From a virus: DNA of 64,000 nucleotides. Numbering within the stretch: position 1 is the first letter of the stretch; every line of letters begins with the position of its first letter. The stretch is from positions 1 through 64,000 of the IMG/VR virus record IMGVR_UViG_3300023174_000080; one strand, 5' to 3'. The position numbers were made by a program, and so were the translations under genes. Positions 46,471 to 57,925 of the stretch are shown piece after piece. The notes under the pieces were generated by a model that worked only from the letters and a program-made list of their open reading frames with translations, made no database searches and was not told the DNA's origin.

Positions 46471-49400
46471 ATGTCACTTAAAGACCTCTTTAGTAATAAT
46501 TCAGGACAAGTAGTAATAAATAAATCTTTAGAAGATTTAAATAGAGAAGCGCAAACAGAAAATTATTTAGATTCTTTAATAGAAAATAACGAGAGGTATC
46601 TTCCAAACGTTGACTTTTCTGATCCTGTTAATTTTGCTAGATATGGCTCTGCTGAAAAATATTACGTAGACGGCATAAAAAATATTTATCAACATTATCC
46701 ATATGATGGTTCCAAAAAAGAAAAATTAGATTGGCGTAATCGTGCATCGCAAATAGATTTATATATATTAGATAATATCTATCCAAAATCAGTTGGTTAT
46801 GTAAATTTAAGTAGTTCTGTTTCTTTATCAACCGTTTCCGGTTTGCGTTCTTCTTCTCTACCTCAATATGTTTCTATTAAAGGCGGTCCAAATGTTTCAT
46901 CTACCGGACAATTTTCCTTATCAAACATATACGACCCAGCAAATAATCGTGAAAGTAATTTATCGATTAATGGATTTGGAAATACAGTAGAATTCTGGTT
47001 TAAAGATGAAGTATCATCTTCTAATACAAATTATAATTCTTCTTATGCATTATTTGATTTATGGAACAGCATTACTGCCTCATCAGCTGATTACTCTCGC
47101 TTAACAATAGCAAAAATAAGTGGTTCAAATAAGTTTGCCGTAACATATCGTTCCGGTTCAAGCGGTATAACAAATGAAACAATAGATTATACATTTGATT
47201 CATCTGCTTGGCATCATTATGCTTTCTCTTTCTCACCTTTTAATACAAGTGATTTATTAGTTAGCTTATATATTGATGGCGTTCTTGTAAAGTCAGAACA
47301 ATATTCTTCGTCTGCTATTTCATCAGCCAACAATAATAATGCTATAGCATATATCGGAGCCTTAAGGGCGAGTATTGTTTCTGCTGATTCTTCACATCAA
47401 GGATTGGGAGCTTCATACGGCTCTTATGATGAATTCCGCTTTTGGAAGAAATGCAGAAATCCACAAGAAATATATCGTAACTGGTTTTTATCAGTAGATG
47501 GCGGTTCTAATACTGATGATTCAAACATAGATCTAGGAGTATATTTGAAGTTCAACGAAGGCATAGTCAATACAGCCTCTGTAAGTGAAATAGATAAAAT
47601 CTGTATTGATTATTCTGGTCGTATATCGAATGGCGCATTAGTAAATTATTCAGTCGGTACAAAGATAACAAGTTCCGCAGTAGATGAATATTTTGGTGAA
47701 ACAAAAGAAGAAAAAGATATAATTATTTTCTCTTCTAATCCTCTCGTCCAACAAGCTATACAAACCTACGGTAATATAGGTTTTGCATATGATCAAACAA
47801 ACATCTCTAGTATTTATAAGAGTCTACCATCTTGGATTACAGAAGAAAATGAAAAGCAAGAGTTAGAAGATCTGCCAAGTTTAATACAAATAATTTCTAG
47901 TTATTTTGACACTTTACATATTCAAATTGAAAATGTAAATAAAATTAAAAATCTAGAGTATACTCAAGATTCAGAAAAGCCAAAACCATTCGCTAAACAG
48001 CTATTAACATCCCACGGTTTTGATAATTTAGAATTATTTACTGATACAACCTTCTTGGAAAAAGTACTTTCAAGAAATGAAAATGCACAATTTGAAAAAA
48101 ATCTCTCTGATATAAAAAATACAATTTATCAAAATATATATAATAACTTAGCTTATATTTATAAAAGTAAGGGAACTGAAAAATCACTTAGAAACTTAAT
48201 CCGTTGTTTTGGTGTTGATGATGAATTAATAAAAATTAATTTATATTCAGATAATACAAAATACGATATATCAGATAAGTTTATTTATTCCTCTGTACCA
48301 AAAAAGTTTGTAGATTTTAATAATCCAGATAGATATGATGGTTATGTATATCAAAAGAGAAAGTCCACAGATTTAACAAATACTAAATCTTATATCCCAT
48401 CTACTGATTCTGGATCAATAGTTTATATTCCTATAACAGTACAGGCTGAAGTTATATTTCCAAAACAATTACCAATAGAAAGTACCGGATACTTTACAGT
48501 AGATTTTATAACTTCTTCTTTGTTTGGTGCTCATACAGCTAATCAAAATGATTCTATTTATACTTGGGGTAATGATGAGTTTAATTTTCAAGTATATTCA
48601 ATTAGAGAAAAAGTAGGAAGTCCAAATACTTATTTCTTAGCTACTGGCTCTTTCTCTGGTAGCGGATTTGCCTTATCATCTAGCATTTATAAAGATGTAT
48701 ATGATAATCAAAAATGGAATTTTGCTTTAAAAATTAAACCAAATAAATATGATCAAGTAAATATCGCTAACGGAAGTCAAATTACGGATTATTCAGTTGA
48801 ATTCGTTGGTTATAATTCGTTGGCTGATTCTGTTGATAATGTATTTAATATTTCTACTAATATTTCTCAAAGTAATATGGTTAGTGCGTTGACAAAACAT
48901 AAGAGACTTTATGTTGGTTCACATTACCAAGACTTTGATAATACACAATTATTATGCAAAACAGATGTTAAGATTTCCTCATTAAGATTTTGGTATGATT
49001 ATTTAACTGATGAAGAAATTAAATTGCATTCTTTTGAATCAACTAATTTTGGAAGAAATAACCCAAATTGGAATCCAGATTATTTCCTTTCGATATCATC
49101 AGATAGGGTATTTACTAAATCAGATACTCTTGCCCTTAATTGGGATTTTAGTAATGTATCTTCTTCTGATTCTAACGGACAGTTTATAGTAGAAGATTTA
49201 ACTTCTGGTTCTTTACAGGAAGCATCCTCAAACGAATTTGGCTGGTTTAGCGGTTTAGTTGGTTATCAATATCCCGGCTTTGCTGATGAATTCTTAGAAA
49301 ATGATGATCAGGTAGTAAACAAAGAATATGTCTTATCAGCCAAGAAACAAAATCCAGAAATTATAAATGGTAATGATTTAATACAAACCCCAGATACCGA

Positions 49401-52400
49401 TGACGTTACTAGAATAAAAGATTCTAAAGCTATTACTTATTATTTATCAATTGAAAAGAGCATGGCTCAAGTAGTAAATGATGAAATAATGAACTGGTTT
49501 GCAACAATTAAAGGATATAATAATTTAATTGGAGAACCTGTTGAAAGATATAAAGCAGAATATTCTGGCCTTAGACAAATGCGAGAAATATTCTTTAAAA
49601 ATATTGGTAGTACATTAAATTTTGAGAAGTTCTTTGAATTTTATAAATGGATTGATTCTTCATTATCTAATATAATTGAACAACTAATTCCTCTATCGAC
49701 GAACGCTTCTACAAAAGTTAGAAACATGGTTGAAAGTCATATGTTGGAAAGAAGCAAATATGAAAATAAAACTCCAACAATTGAATTTAAGGGTGAGCCA
49801 AGATCATATCCAATTGTTTCGCATCTTCAATATAATTATAAAGAACAAGCTGCCTATCCAAATAATCTAAATTCAGAAGTGCTTATTAGTCGTTATTATA
49901 CGGATAAGCCATTATGGCTAAAGCAACGTATTCAAAGAACTGATGTTATCGTAAGTTCTTCGTTAGAGCCACAAAATGATATAGATAGAGAGATAATTCG
50001 TCAGGTTATTAATCAAAATAATATTGATAAATTACCAACCTTATTCTCTTCGGATACTGCCTATGAAGGCAGAAACGATGTAAGCCGCGTATTTACTAAA
50101 ACATATAGAATAATAGGTGATACATTATATAACTTAGAAGATACATTAACATTCGGAAACATATCTAACAATAGAATAAATTCACAATTTTTATTCGCCT
50201 CCGCAAGCGTTACTGCATCAGGCCAAGTAGTTCAGCCATTGGTTAAAAAAGGTAATTATTTAAACACATATGAGTTTGTTCAAATGTCCAGCAGAACAAA
50301 CAATAATAAATCTTTTATTGATTTAACTGGTTCTATATTTGCCGTTTCTGGTACAAATATACTAGGATTTACAGATAGAACATTACCTGTAAGAGCGGCA
50401 TACAAAAATATATTTGTTGAAAGATTTAGTGCCCCCGGTGGTCCAGAAGTATTATCACGCGGGACTTTAGATAAAAACGCAGAAGAATATTCAGCATATA
50501 ATTCATTAAATTATAGAAATTTCAGAGTTAGAAAAAATCTAAATAAATGGTTAGCAGAAACATCTAGTATTGATTCTGAAAATCCATCTTTACATAAGAA
50601 CGCTGATAACATTGCTAGATATCCCGGTGATGATAACAACTCTTATACTAATACACAAAACGATAATGCATTTATAAGTCACGCCATCCCCAGAAGCGAT
50701 TATCAATATTCATGGATTACATCTTCCATGCAATCAAATAATTTATTTAGCGGTTATTCTTCTAAATATACTAACTTAGATATACAATATACATTTGTTT
50801 CTGGAAATGTTTCTGGCTCTTCTATAGTTGATTTTGTTGGTTTGAATACAACTATTCCAAAAACAATTAATACATCATCCAATACTTTATCTTCTGTTAA
50901 CGCTGTTATAGATGTGAACAAATATTTGTCAAATATTAACGGTCCATATCAACATCCAACTTGGAAGCAAATTCGCGGTGGTGAATCTTTACTTTCAAGA
51001 GTATCTAGAAAAAATAACAAAATACTAGTACAAGATACGCCGATTTTAAAAACAAAAATTGTTAACAATGTAGTAGTTCCATATATTGAAAGAACAAGTC
51101 AAACATTTACATCATATAAAGAAATGCCAGTTTCCTATAACAAACCTATGACGCATGTTATAGATATTTCCGGCTCTGATAGTTTAATAGAAACAATCAG
51201 CACTTATGATAATAACAAGGAAAGATTCTCTAATGAACTCTTAGGTAATACTTTAGGAATTGATGCTAAAGAAACTCCTGAATATCATGATATATTGAGT
51301 AATCTTGAAAAAGGATTATTTGAACCAAAGCCGGAAATAGTAGAAATAAAATATGAAAATATGGCTTATCCAAATAATACATATGTTGGTTCAGCTGACG
51401 TTCGTTTACGCGATAATTATGAAGATTTTATCGATAATACCGGTAGTATTGTTAATGCTCGTACATTCTGGAGAGATAGTATTGATGAACGCGCAAGAGC
51501 TAGCGTAACAGAAGATATTTATGAAAATTTAAACACTTCTTATGAACAAATAAATAATGATTATTTATTTTATCCTTATAATAATGAAAACAGCAATGAA
51601 ACGATATTAATTAATCAAAATAATTGTTTTAGAGAAAGTATCTTGTCTTTAGATAGTTATATGACCAGCTCATATAGTAGTCAAAATATTGGTATTTATA
51701 TTCCGTCGAATCCAATAGCAGATGGGACATATAATAATATTGCTTTTACCAATGATGGCTATTCGTGGACAAATATGAATTTATCTATGAGTAATGATGT
51801 TAAAGCCATAGTAAGTAATGTATATAATAATGATATATACATTGGTGGATCCTTTACTTCTGTAAATGGAAATTCAGTAAGAGCAATAATAAAATGGAAC
51901 AACGGATTAACCTCTTCAGTTGGAACTATAATAAGTGGAGAAATAAATACATTAGTATCTGGCAATAATGGAATTTATGCAGGTGGAACATTTGTTACAA
52001 GCACTGGGCAAAGTAGAATAGCTAGATGGGATGGAACTGCTTGGAATAATGTTGGAAGCGGTTTAAGTAATACGGTTTTAACATTATTCAGTGCCAGTAG
52101 CGGTTTATATGCTGGAGGTATATGGACTACTAATACCGGTTCTCGTATAGCTAAGTTTGACGGAATAGCTTGGAGTGCAATTGGTGGAGGTATATCTGAT
52201 CAAGTTTATAGTATATTTTCTAATAGTTCTGGTTTATATGCTGGTACCAGAACGACGGCTAGAAATGGCTATTTAACTAAATATAATACTTCTACTTTAA
52301 CTTGGAATTCACTTGGAAGCGTTGGTACAGTTTATTCTATTACTCAAGGACCAACAACAACTAATTTATATTTAGGGATTGACTCTACTTCTTATTATGG

Positions 52401-55400
52401 GTTTGTTAGCTACAATGGAGCAGTTTTCAGTGGAGTTCCCTTCTCTGGAACGGGTTTATCACCCGATAGCGAAGGAGCTATTATTTGCTATAGTATGTAT
52501 TCTTCAAGCGATGGGATAATTCTTGGTGGAAGATTTGCCGGTGCCGGTAGCTATGGAGGATCGCCATATTATGAATCTTCAAGAATAATAAAATGGAATT
52601 ATAACATTGGCGGTACTAGTGGCTGGCAAAGATTTGGAAGTGGAATTAGCAAACCAGTATCTGGTGGATTTAGAGGATATGTAAATACTATTTTTTCTAA
52701 TAGCAGTGGTTTATATATTGGAGGAAATTTTACGTCTAGAGGTCCATACGTCTATCCAAAACATATATTAAATTATAATAATGTAATTCATGGTGATATT
52801 AAAAATTCTAATATTTTAGAAAATATTTATAATATTAAAAATAACATTTCTTATAAAACATCTAAAATTGCCATTTATGACGTAAAACAAGAAAATATTT
52901 ATAATATTTCTAAAAGCGTTTATTATAATAGTGAATTAGATTTTGGCGGCACCGTGCCGGGATTTGAAATCCAACAATTCCCAATATTATTTTCAATTAT
53001 AACTGCTAGTGACGGTATATACGTTGGAGGAACTTTTAACAGCATTGGAGCTTCTTCAATAGCAAATATAGCAAAATGGAATGGCAATACATTTGAAAAT
53101 TTTGCTAATTTATATTACCAATCATTAATATATGGTTATGGAATTAATAAAATAATTTCTGGAAGTGACGGGATATATTTTTGCGGTCAAGTAAAAACTT
53201 CTTTAGGTGGACAAGATCTATACGTACTTAAATGGGCTAATAGTTTACTAACAACATTAAGTTCATCAGTGATAGCAGGTACCGATAAGCAAGTTTATGA
53301 TATTTTATCAGGAAATACTTTATTTACTACAACGGCCAACAGTGTTAATTATTATAATGTAGGAGCTTTTTCTGCTCTGCCAGCAATGGCTTCTATTACA
53401 TATAGTAATTATTCTAACAATAGCATAGCCAGTGCCAGTAATGGATTAATTGTTGCTGGTAATTTTACAATTACTTCTTCAGCATATTCCATATTAAGAA
53501 CAGATATAAATAATTGGTATTCTTTCCCAAAAAATCCTTTAAATGTTACTAGTGTTTGTTCTGGCGCTGACGGTATTTATATAGCCTCTAGAACAGGAGT
53601 TATAGTAGATTCAGATCTTAATAATTATAATTATATTGCCAAAATTACTGATAGTGGAGTAGTGGCTTTAGGCAAAGGCTTAAATGGTTCTGTGCGTAGT
53701 ATGACCTCTAACTCTAGTGGTTTATATGTTGGCGGTACTTTTACTTCTGGGGCTAATTCTGATAATACAAGTATTTTATTAAATAATATCGCTAAATGGG
53801 ATGGCGTAAATTGGACGCAAGTTGGAGAAAAAAATAATAATAATGGATTTAATATAAACGTTAATGATACAGTGGCAGGTTTAAGCAGCGATGAAAAAAA
53901 TGTTTATATAGCTGGAAATTTCCTAACAACAAGATCTAGTCCAAAAATAAAAGATAAAAATTATTCTAATTATTTTTATGGCTACTACAATCAAAATAAT
54001 TTAATTATTCCAACACCACAATTAATATTTAATAACAATATTAATAATTTATCTTGTTCTTCTAATAAAATTGATTTACTAGAATTAACATATGATTCTT
54101 TAAATAATTCTAAAATTATTACAAAATATTCTGGTAGTCATAATGTAAAAATAATAAATAATGGATATGAATATGAAATAAACGAAAAATCTAATAAAAC
54201 TCCATTTTTTAATTCTTATCTTGAGTATCTTGGAGACTTAAAAACTAAAACACAAAAGTATTCTGTAATTCCAGAATACACAATTAGTGATTTTGTAAAA
54301 ACATACATTAAAGAAAAGAATGGTAATTATAATGCTATTATAAATAATGATTATTTAAAACTTGACGGCGCAGCACAAGAGCAAGGATATGAAGATATAA
54401 ATAATTCTATTAATATAAGTAATTTAATAAAACCAGAATTAATATTTAATAATTCTAAAAATAATGAAAATATAAATTTAAATTTTAAAATATCAAGTAT
54501 TAAAAAATTAATCCCATATAGAGATTTTTATCCAAGTGAAAGAATAATTAAATTAAGTAATTATTTTATTAATTCTTTTCTTGATATAGATACTAGACTA
54601 ACTTCTGTTTTAAATTCAGAAGAAGTTTATAGTTCTTCTCTTTCAAATGGTACGCCAATAAATCAACAAATATTAACATTATTGCAACCAATGATGGCTC
54701 CGGGTATTTTATTGAATACTATTAAGTCTTCTATTGCTGTAGATTGGCCTATATTTATTGCAAATAGCGGTTCTTATAATTTAACAGGCGGAATTCAATT
54801 CTACTCTCATACTGGAAGTAATTTAATTACTAATACTGTTTATGATTCTGTTAGCGATAGATCTTATGCTTATACAGCTTCAAACTATATTGATAAAGAA
54901 CAAAATTATCGTCTACCTTTTGAAGCTATTATAGAATTTGATACACGAATTCCACAAGAGTTACGTAGCGACGATAAAAATATGTATTATTTAAATCCTT
55001 CTTATTATACATCAGATGTATTAACAGGAAGCGATTATAGTTTATTATCTTATCCAAGTTATAATATGGGTTCCGGCTCATTAAAGGCATTCATATTTCG
55101 TGATGCTAACTATAAATTAGCAATGCATAATTTCCTTGCGGAAATACCAAATTTCTTCCTTAATGGTAAATTAACAAATATAATTTCACTACCAGAAAAT
55201 GAATTTACTACAGCTAAACGAGGTGTGACATATTATATGGATGTTGTGTTAGAGCGCGATTCTAAATATAAAGAATTTATTGCCGATCCATATTATGAAG
55301 GTTTAAAAGCGCAAGCAAACAGCTTTTACGATGGTACTTTCTTATTACCATCACCTGATTCTCTATATGGTCCACCCACAAGGTATTGGAATAATGTAAA

Positions 55401-56982
55401 TCCAAATCCATTTTTCTCACGTAGCCCATATAATTTTTATTCTAAATTATTAGATACACCTGCATATGCACCATATGTACCTCCATATTATTATGGTAAA
55501 GCAGTGGCTAGAATATCTTTCACTGCCGATGATACAAGACAATATTCTTTATCCGAAATTCAATCTTCATGTTCAGTGGAATATATTAACACCGAAGCGG
55601 AAGCTTTATTTAATCAACGTTCTAATTTTATAAATGGTAATTTTACAGGATCATTTATTGATAATTATTCAACCTCCCCAGCTTATAAACAAATGATGCG
55701 TTTATCATCAAGTGTTAATTTATTCTTAGCAATTGATACAAAGCTTACTAAATTTGATCCAAAGACCGGTCAAACAACGGAAGTTGGAGATAGAGAAGGT
55801 AACAATAAATCTTGGGTTATTCAAACTAAATTTGAAACACCAAGTATTAATTTTATAAATGCTGATCTGTCTAATAATCTTGGTCTTAAATTTCTTGGTG
55901 GAACAAAAGAAAGTGGAAGTGTTAAAGGTATTTATTCTTACATGATGAAGGGTCTTTGGACAACCTATGGAGAGCCAGTAGATAATGGCTCTGGGATTAA
56001 ATTATATATTCAAGATTCATTTCAAAAAAGATTAACGAATCAAACAGGATCTTTGATAGAGCTTTGCGGTTTCCGAAATGCAGGAGATAAAAAAACAATA
56101 GGTTTATTATCAGAACGTAAAAAGGTTAGCGAATGTATCGTTATGATTCCATATACATTTAATAAAAATCACGGTCCAAACATGAATACAGATTATGCTA
56201 CTACAATAGATCCAATATTAGGAGAAAATGGTATTTATCTTTCTTCTCAAACAGGAAATGGACCATATTATTACGCCATAGATATAAACGTAATAACAGA
56301 TTATCTTGGTGGATTGAAATTTAAAAACGCATCAGTAGAGCAAATTAAAACAGCCGCAGAGTCAAGTCCGTATCAAGAAAGTACAATTATTAAGTTAATT
56401 TTGGCAATGACTAAATATGTCATTCCTCCTCATCTTGATTGGATTAGAAATAAAAATATCAATCCATTCGTTATGTATTTAGCTGAATTCTCCACAGAAT
56501 TTGACAAGCGAGATTTGTCTGATATTTGGCAGGGAGTTATGCCAAAACAAAGTTATAAAGCAGAAATAGAGCAAATAGATATTAATCATAAGTTTACAAA
56601 TAATGAATTCTTCCACGGTAAACGTCCACAAAACGATACTAAATTTAAAGTATTTAAAGTAAAACAACGAGCAAATATTAATTATTATAAACTAACTGAT
56701 GATTCTAAGGATGATGATCGCTTTAAATTTACATTTAGTAATTCTCAACAAGCAACAATCCCAGAATATTCTTATAACTGGCCTTATGATTTCTTTTCTC
56801 TCGTAGAACTAGTTAATATTGAAACTTCTTTAGAATATAAGAAACCAGAAGAAAAAGAAATTATGATTAATCCAAATGAAATTTTATCTACTTTACAGGA
56901 TCAAAACCCAATTTCTCAAAAAGATAAAATAGAAAAATTAAATAAAAAAGCAATTCCACCGAGAAAAAAACTTAAACGGTAA
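46471..56982 (+). CDS. Giant tail/baseplate protein with LamG domains and beta-propeller repeats
   Basis: TVEFW..WHHYAF..LYIDG..DEFRFW (LamG); KSKGTEKS baseplate-like motif; repeated YxGGxF...IAKWDG..W. Confidence 0.75.
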   Translation: MSLKDLFSNNSGQVVINKSLEDLNREAQTENYLDSLIENNERYLPNVDFSDPVNFARYGSAEKYYVDGIKNIYQHYPYDGSKKEKLDWRNRASQIDLYILDNIYPKSVGYVNLSSSVSLSTVSGLRSSSLPQYVSIKGGPNVSSTGQFSLSNIYDPANNRESNLSINGFGNTVEFWFKDEVSSSNTNYNSSYALFDLWNSITASSADYSRLTIAKISGSNKFAVTYRSGSSGITNETIDYTFDSSAWHHYAFSFSPFNTSDLLVSLYIDGVLVKSEQYSSSAISSANNNNAIAYIGALRASIVSADSSHQGLGASYGSYDEFRFWKKCRNPQEIYRNWFLSVDGGSNTDDSNIDLGVYLKFNEGIVNTASVSEIDKICIDYSGRISNGALVNYSVGTKITSSAVDEYFGETKEEKDIIIFSSNPLVQQAIQTYGNIGFAYDQTNISSIYKSLPSWITEENEKQELEDLPSLIQIISSYFDTLHIQIENVNKIKNLEYTQDSEKPKPFAKQLLTSHGFDNLELFTDTTFLEKVLSRNENAQFEKNLSDIKNTIYQNIYNNLAYIYKSKGTEKSLRNLIRCFGVDDELIKINLYSDNTKYDISDKFIYSSVPKKFVDFNNPDRYDGYVYQKRKSTDLTNTKSYIPSTDSGSIVYIPITVQAEVIFPKQLPIESTGYFTVDFITSSLFGAHTANQNDSIYTWGNDEFNFQVYSIREKVGSPNTYFLATGSFSGSGFALSSSIYKDVYDNQKWNFALKIKPNKYDQVNIANGSQITDYSVEFVGYNSLADSVDNVFNISTNISQSNMVSALTKHKRLYVGSHYQDFDNTQLLCKTDVKISSLRFWYDYLTDEEIKLHSFESTNFGRNNPNWNPDYFLSISSDRVFTKSDTLALNWDFSNVSSSDSNGQFIVEDLTSGSLQEASSNEFGWFSGLVGYQYPGFADEFLENDDQVVNKEYVLSAKKQNPEIINGNDLIQTPDTDDVTRIKDSKAITYYLSIEKSMAQVVNDEIMNWFATIKGYNNLIGEPVERYKAEYSGLRQMREIFFKNIGSTLNFEKFFEFYKWIDSSLSNIIEQLIPLSTNASTKVRNMVESHMLERSKYENKTPTIEFKGEPRSYPIVSHLQYNYKEQAAYPNNLNSEVLISRYYTDKPLWLKQRIQRTDVIVSSSLEPQNDIDREIIRQVINQNNIDKLPTLFSSDTAYEGRNDVSRVFTKTYRIIGDTLYNLEDTLTFGNISNNRINSQFLFASASVTASGQVVQPLVKKGNYLNTYEFVQMSSRTNNNKSFIDLTGSIFAVSGTNILGFTDRTLPVRAAYKNIFVERFSAPGGPEVLSRGTLDKNAEEYSAYNSLNYRNFRVRKNLNKWLAETSSIDSENPSLHKNADNIARYPGDDNNSYTNTQNDNAFISHAIPRSDYQYSWITSSMQSNNLFSGYSSKYTNLDIQYTFVSGNVSGSSIVDFVGLNTTIPKTINTSSNTLSSVNAVIDVNKYLSNINGPYQHPTWKQIRGGESLLSRVSRKNNKILVQDTPILKTKIVNNVVVPYIERTSQTFTSYKEMPVSYNKPMTHVIDISGSDSLIETISTYDNNKERFSNELLGNTLGIDAKETPEYHDILSNLEKGLFEPKPEIVEIKYENMAYPNNTYVGSADVRLRDNYEDFIDNTGSIVNARTFWRDSIDERARASVTEDIYENLNTSYEQINNDYLFYPYNNENSNETILINQNNCFRESILSLDSYMTSSYSSQNIGIYIPSNPIADGTYNNIAFTNDGYSWTNMNLSMSNDVKAIVSNVYNNDIYIGGSFTSVNGNSVRAIIKWNNGLTSSVGTIISGEINTLVSGNNGIYAGGTFVTSTGQSRIARWDGTAWNNVGSGLSNTVLTLFSASSGLYAGGIWTTNTGSRIAKFDGIAWSAIGGGISDQVYSIFSNSSGLYAGTRTTARNGYLTKYNTSTLTWNSLGSVGTVYSITQGPTTTNLYLGIDSTSYYGFVSYNGAVFSGVPFSGTGLSPDSEGAIICYSMYSSSDGIILGGRFAGAGSYGGSPYYESSRIIKWNYNIGGTSGWQRFGSGISKPVSGGFRGYVNTIFSNSSGLYIGGNFTSRGPYVYPKHILNYNNVIHGDIKNSNILENIYNIKNNISYKTSKIAIYDVKQENIYNISKSVYYNSELDFGGTVPGFEIQQFPILFSIITASDGIYVGGTFNSIGASSIANIAKWNGNTFENFANLYYQSLIYGYGINKIISGSDGIYFCGQVKTSLGGQDLYVLKWANSLLTTLSSSVIAGTDKQVYDILSGNTLFTTTANSVNYYNVGAFSALPAMASITYSNYSNNSIASASNGLIVAGNFTITSSAYSILRTDINNWYSFPKNPLNVTSVCSGADGIYIASRTGVIVDSDLNNYNYIAKITDSGVVALGKGLNGSVRSMTSNSSGLYVGGTFTSGANSDNTSILLNNIAKWDGVNWTQVGEKNNNNGFNINVNDTVAGLSSDEKNVYIAGNFLTTRSSPKIKDKNYSNYFYGYYNQNNLIIPTPQLIFNNNINNLSCSSNKIDLLELTYDSLNNSKIITKYSGSHNVKIINNGYEYEINEKSNKTPFFNSYLEYLGDLKTKTQKYSVIPEYTISDFVKTYIKEKNGNYNAIINNDYLKLDGAAQEQGYEDINNSINISNLIKPELIFNNSKNNENINLNFKISSIKKLIPYRDFYPSERIIKLSNYFINSFLDIDTRLTSVLNSEEVYSSSLSNGTPINQQILTLLQPMMAPGILLNTIKSSIAVDWPIFIANSGSYNLTGGIQFYSHTGSNLITNTVYDSVSDRSYAYTASNYIDKEQNYRLPFEAIIEFDTRIPQELRSDDKNMYYLNPSYYTSDVLTGSDYSLLSYPSYNMGSGSLKAFIFRDANYKLAMHNFLAEIPNFFLNGKLTNIISLPENEFTTAKRGVTYYMDVVLERDSKYKEFIADPYYEGLKAQANSFYDGTFLLPSPDSLYGPPTRYWNNVNPNPFFSRSPYNFYSKLLDTPAYAPYVPPYYYGKAVARISFTADDTRQYSLSEIQSSCSVEYINTEAEALFNQRSNFINGNFTGSFIDNYSTSPAYKQMMRLSSSVNLFLAIDTKLTKFDPKTGQTTEVGDREGNNKSWVIQTKFETPSINFINADLSNNLGLKFLGGTKESGSVKGIYSYMMKGLWTTYGEPVDNGSGIKLYIQDSFQKRLTNQTGSLIELCGFRNAGDKKTIGLLSERKKVSECIVMIPYTFNKNHGPNMNTDYATTIDPILGENGIYLSSQTGNGPYYYAIDINVITDYLGGLKFKNASVEQIKTAAESSPYQESTIIKLILAMTKYVIPPHLDWIRNKNINPFVMYLAEFSTEFDKRDLSDIWQGVMPKQSYKAEIEQIDINHKFTNNEFFHGKRPQNDTKFKVFKVKQRANINYYKLTDDSKDDDRFKFTFSNSQQATIPEYSYNWPYDFFSLVELVNIETSLEYKKPEEKEIMINPNEILSTLQDQNPISQKDKIEKLNKKAIPPRKKLKR

Positions 56983-56989
56983 TAAATAA

Positions 56990-57925
56990 ATGTCATATTT
57001 TGACGATAAACAAGAAATATTAAAATTAGAATTGACCACTTATGGTAGATATTTGCTTTCTAAAGGTAAATTAAAGCCAGTTTATTATGCTTTTTTTGAT
57101 GATGATATAATATATGATGCTGAATATGCTCAGATATCAGAATCTCAAAATTCTACCCAAACAAGAATATTAGATGAAACTATATTTCTAAAACCACAAA
57201 CTACGTTTACTGGTGTAGAAAATAGTGTTTCTAGAAATAAAACTTTAATTATTGATGAATTGCAGAAATTAAAACAAGAAGAATTACAAATTTCTTCTGA
57301 TAAAAATTATGCTCTATCATTACCTCTAGGTAATTCTTCGCATGCCTCAGAATATGCTCCATCGTGGAAGTTAAACTTAATTAATGGACAAATAGATAAT
57401 GTAGAGCAATATATCGACAATTCAACTGGTGATTCTGGTTCTTTACAACCATATTTAAAAATTCCTCAAATATTTCTAAAAGATATTGTATCAAATATAA
57501 AAATTAAAAAAAATGATAGCAAAATAGATGAAAATTATATTTTCTTGTCTTCTAAAATAATTGGTTCAGATACTTATTATGCTTCTTATAAAGAAGAAAG
57601 CTGCACCTTAGATATTTTAGAATTAAATACATATGACGAAAAATTAAATTTTGATATTGAAATGTTTGTTGAAGAAAAAAATAATATGGATGAAACTACT
57701 TGGAGACAATTAAAATTTAATTCTTCTATAAAACAGATAGAAAATAATCTTTTATTGGATGAACCAATTATTCCTAAAAGCATGGATAATACCAACTTCT
57801 CAGAATATTATTTTGATTCAACGGTAGATGCAGAAATAGAAGAAGTTAAAATACAAAGCATAGGTACCTCTACCTATCAATCAAATGTCAAGCCAGAAGA
57901 CGGTCCATTTGGAGAAGATTGTTAA
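56990..57925 (+). CDS. Virion structural protein
   Basis: LELTTYGRYLLSKG...YAFFDDDIIYD, similar to the N-terminus of the ORF at 63116. Confidence 0.65.
   Translation: MSYFDDKQEILKLELTTYGRYLLSKGKLKPVYYAFFDDDIIYDAEYAQISESQNSTQTRILDETIFLKPQTTFTGVENSVSRNKTLIIDELQKLKQEELQISSDKNYALSLPLGNSSHASEYAPSWKLNLINGQIDNVEQYIDNSTGDSGSLQPYLKIPQIFLKDIVSNIKIKKNDSKIDENYIFLSSKIIGSDTYYASYKEESCTLDILELNTYDEKLNFDIEMFVEEKNNMDETTWRQLKFNSSIKQIENNLLLDEPIIPKSMDNTNFSEYYFDSTVDAEIEEVKIQSIGTSTYQSNVKPEDGPFGEDC

Noticed and set aside
46471-56982. Diversity-generating retroelement target or intein in the giant protein
   Set aside because: No reverse transcriptase, TR/VR near-duplicate or intein motifs seen in the window
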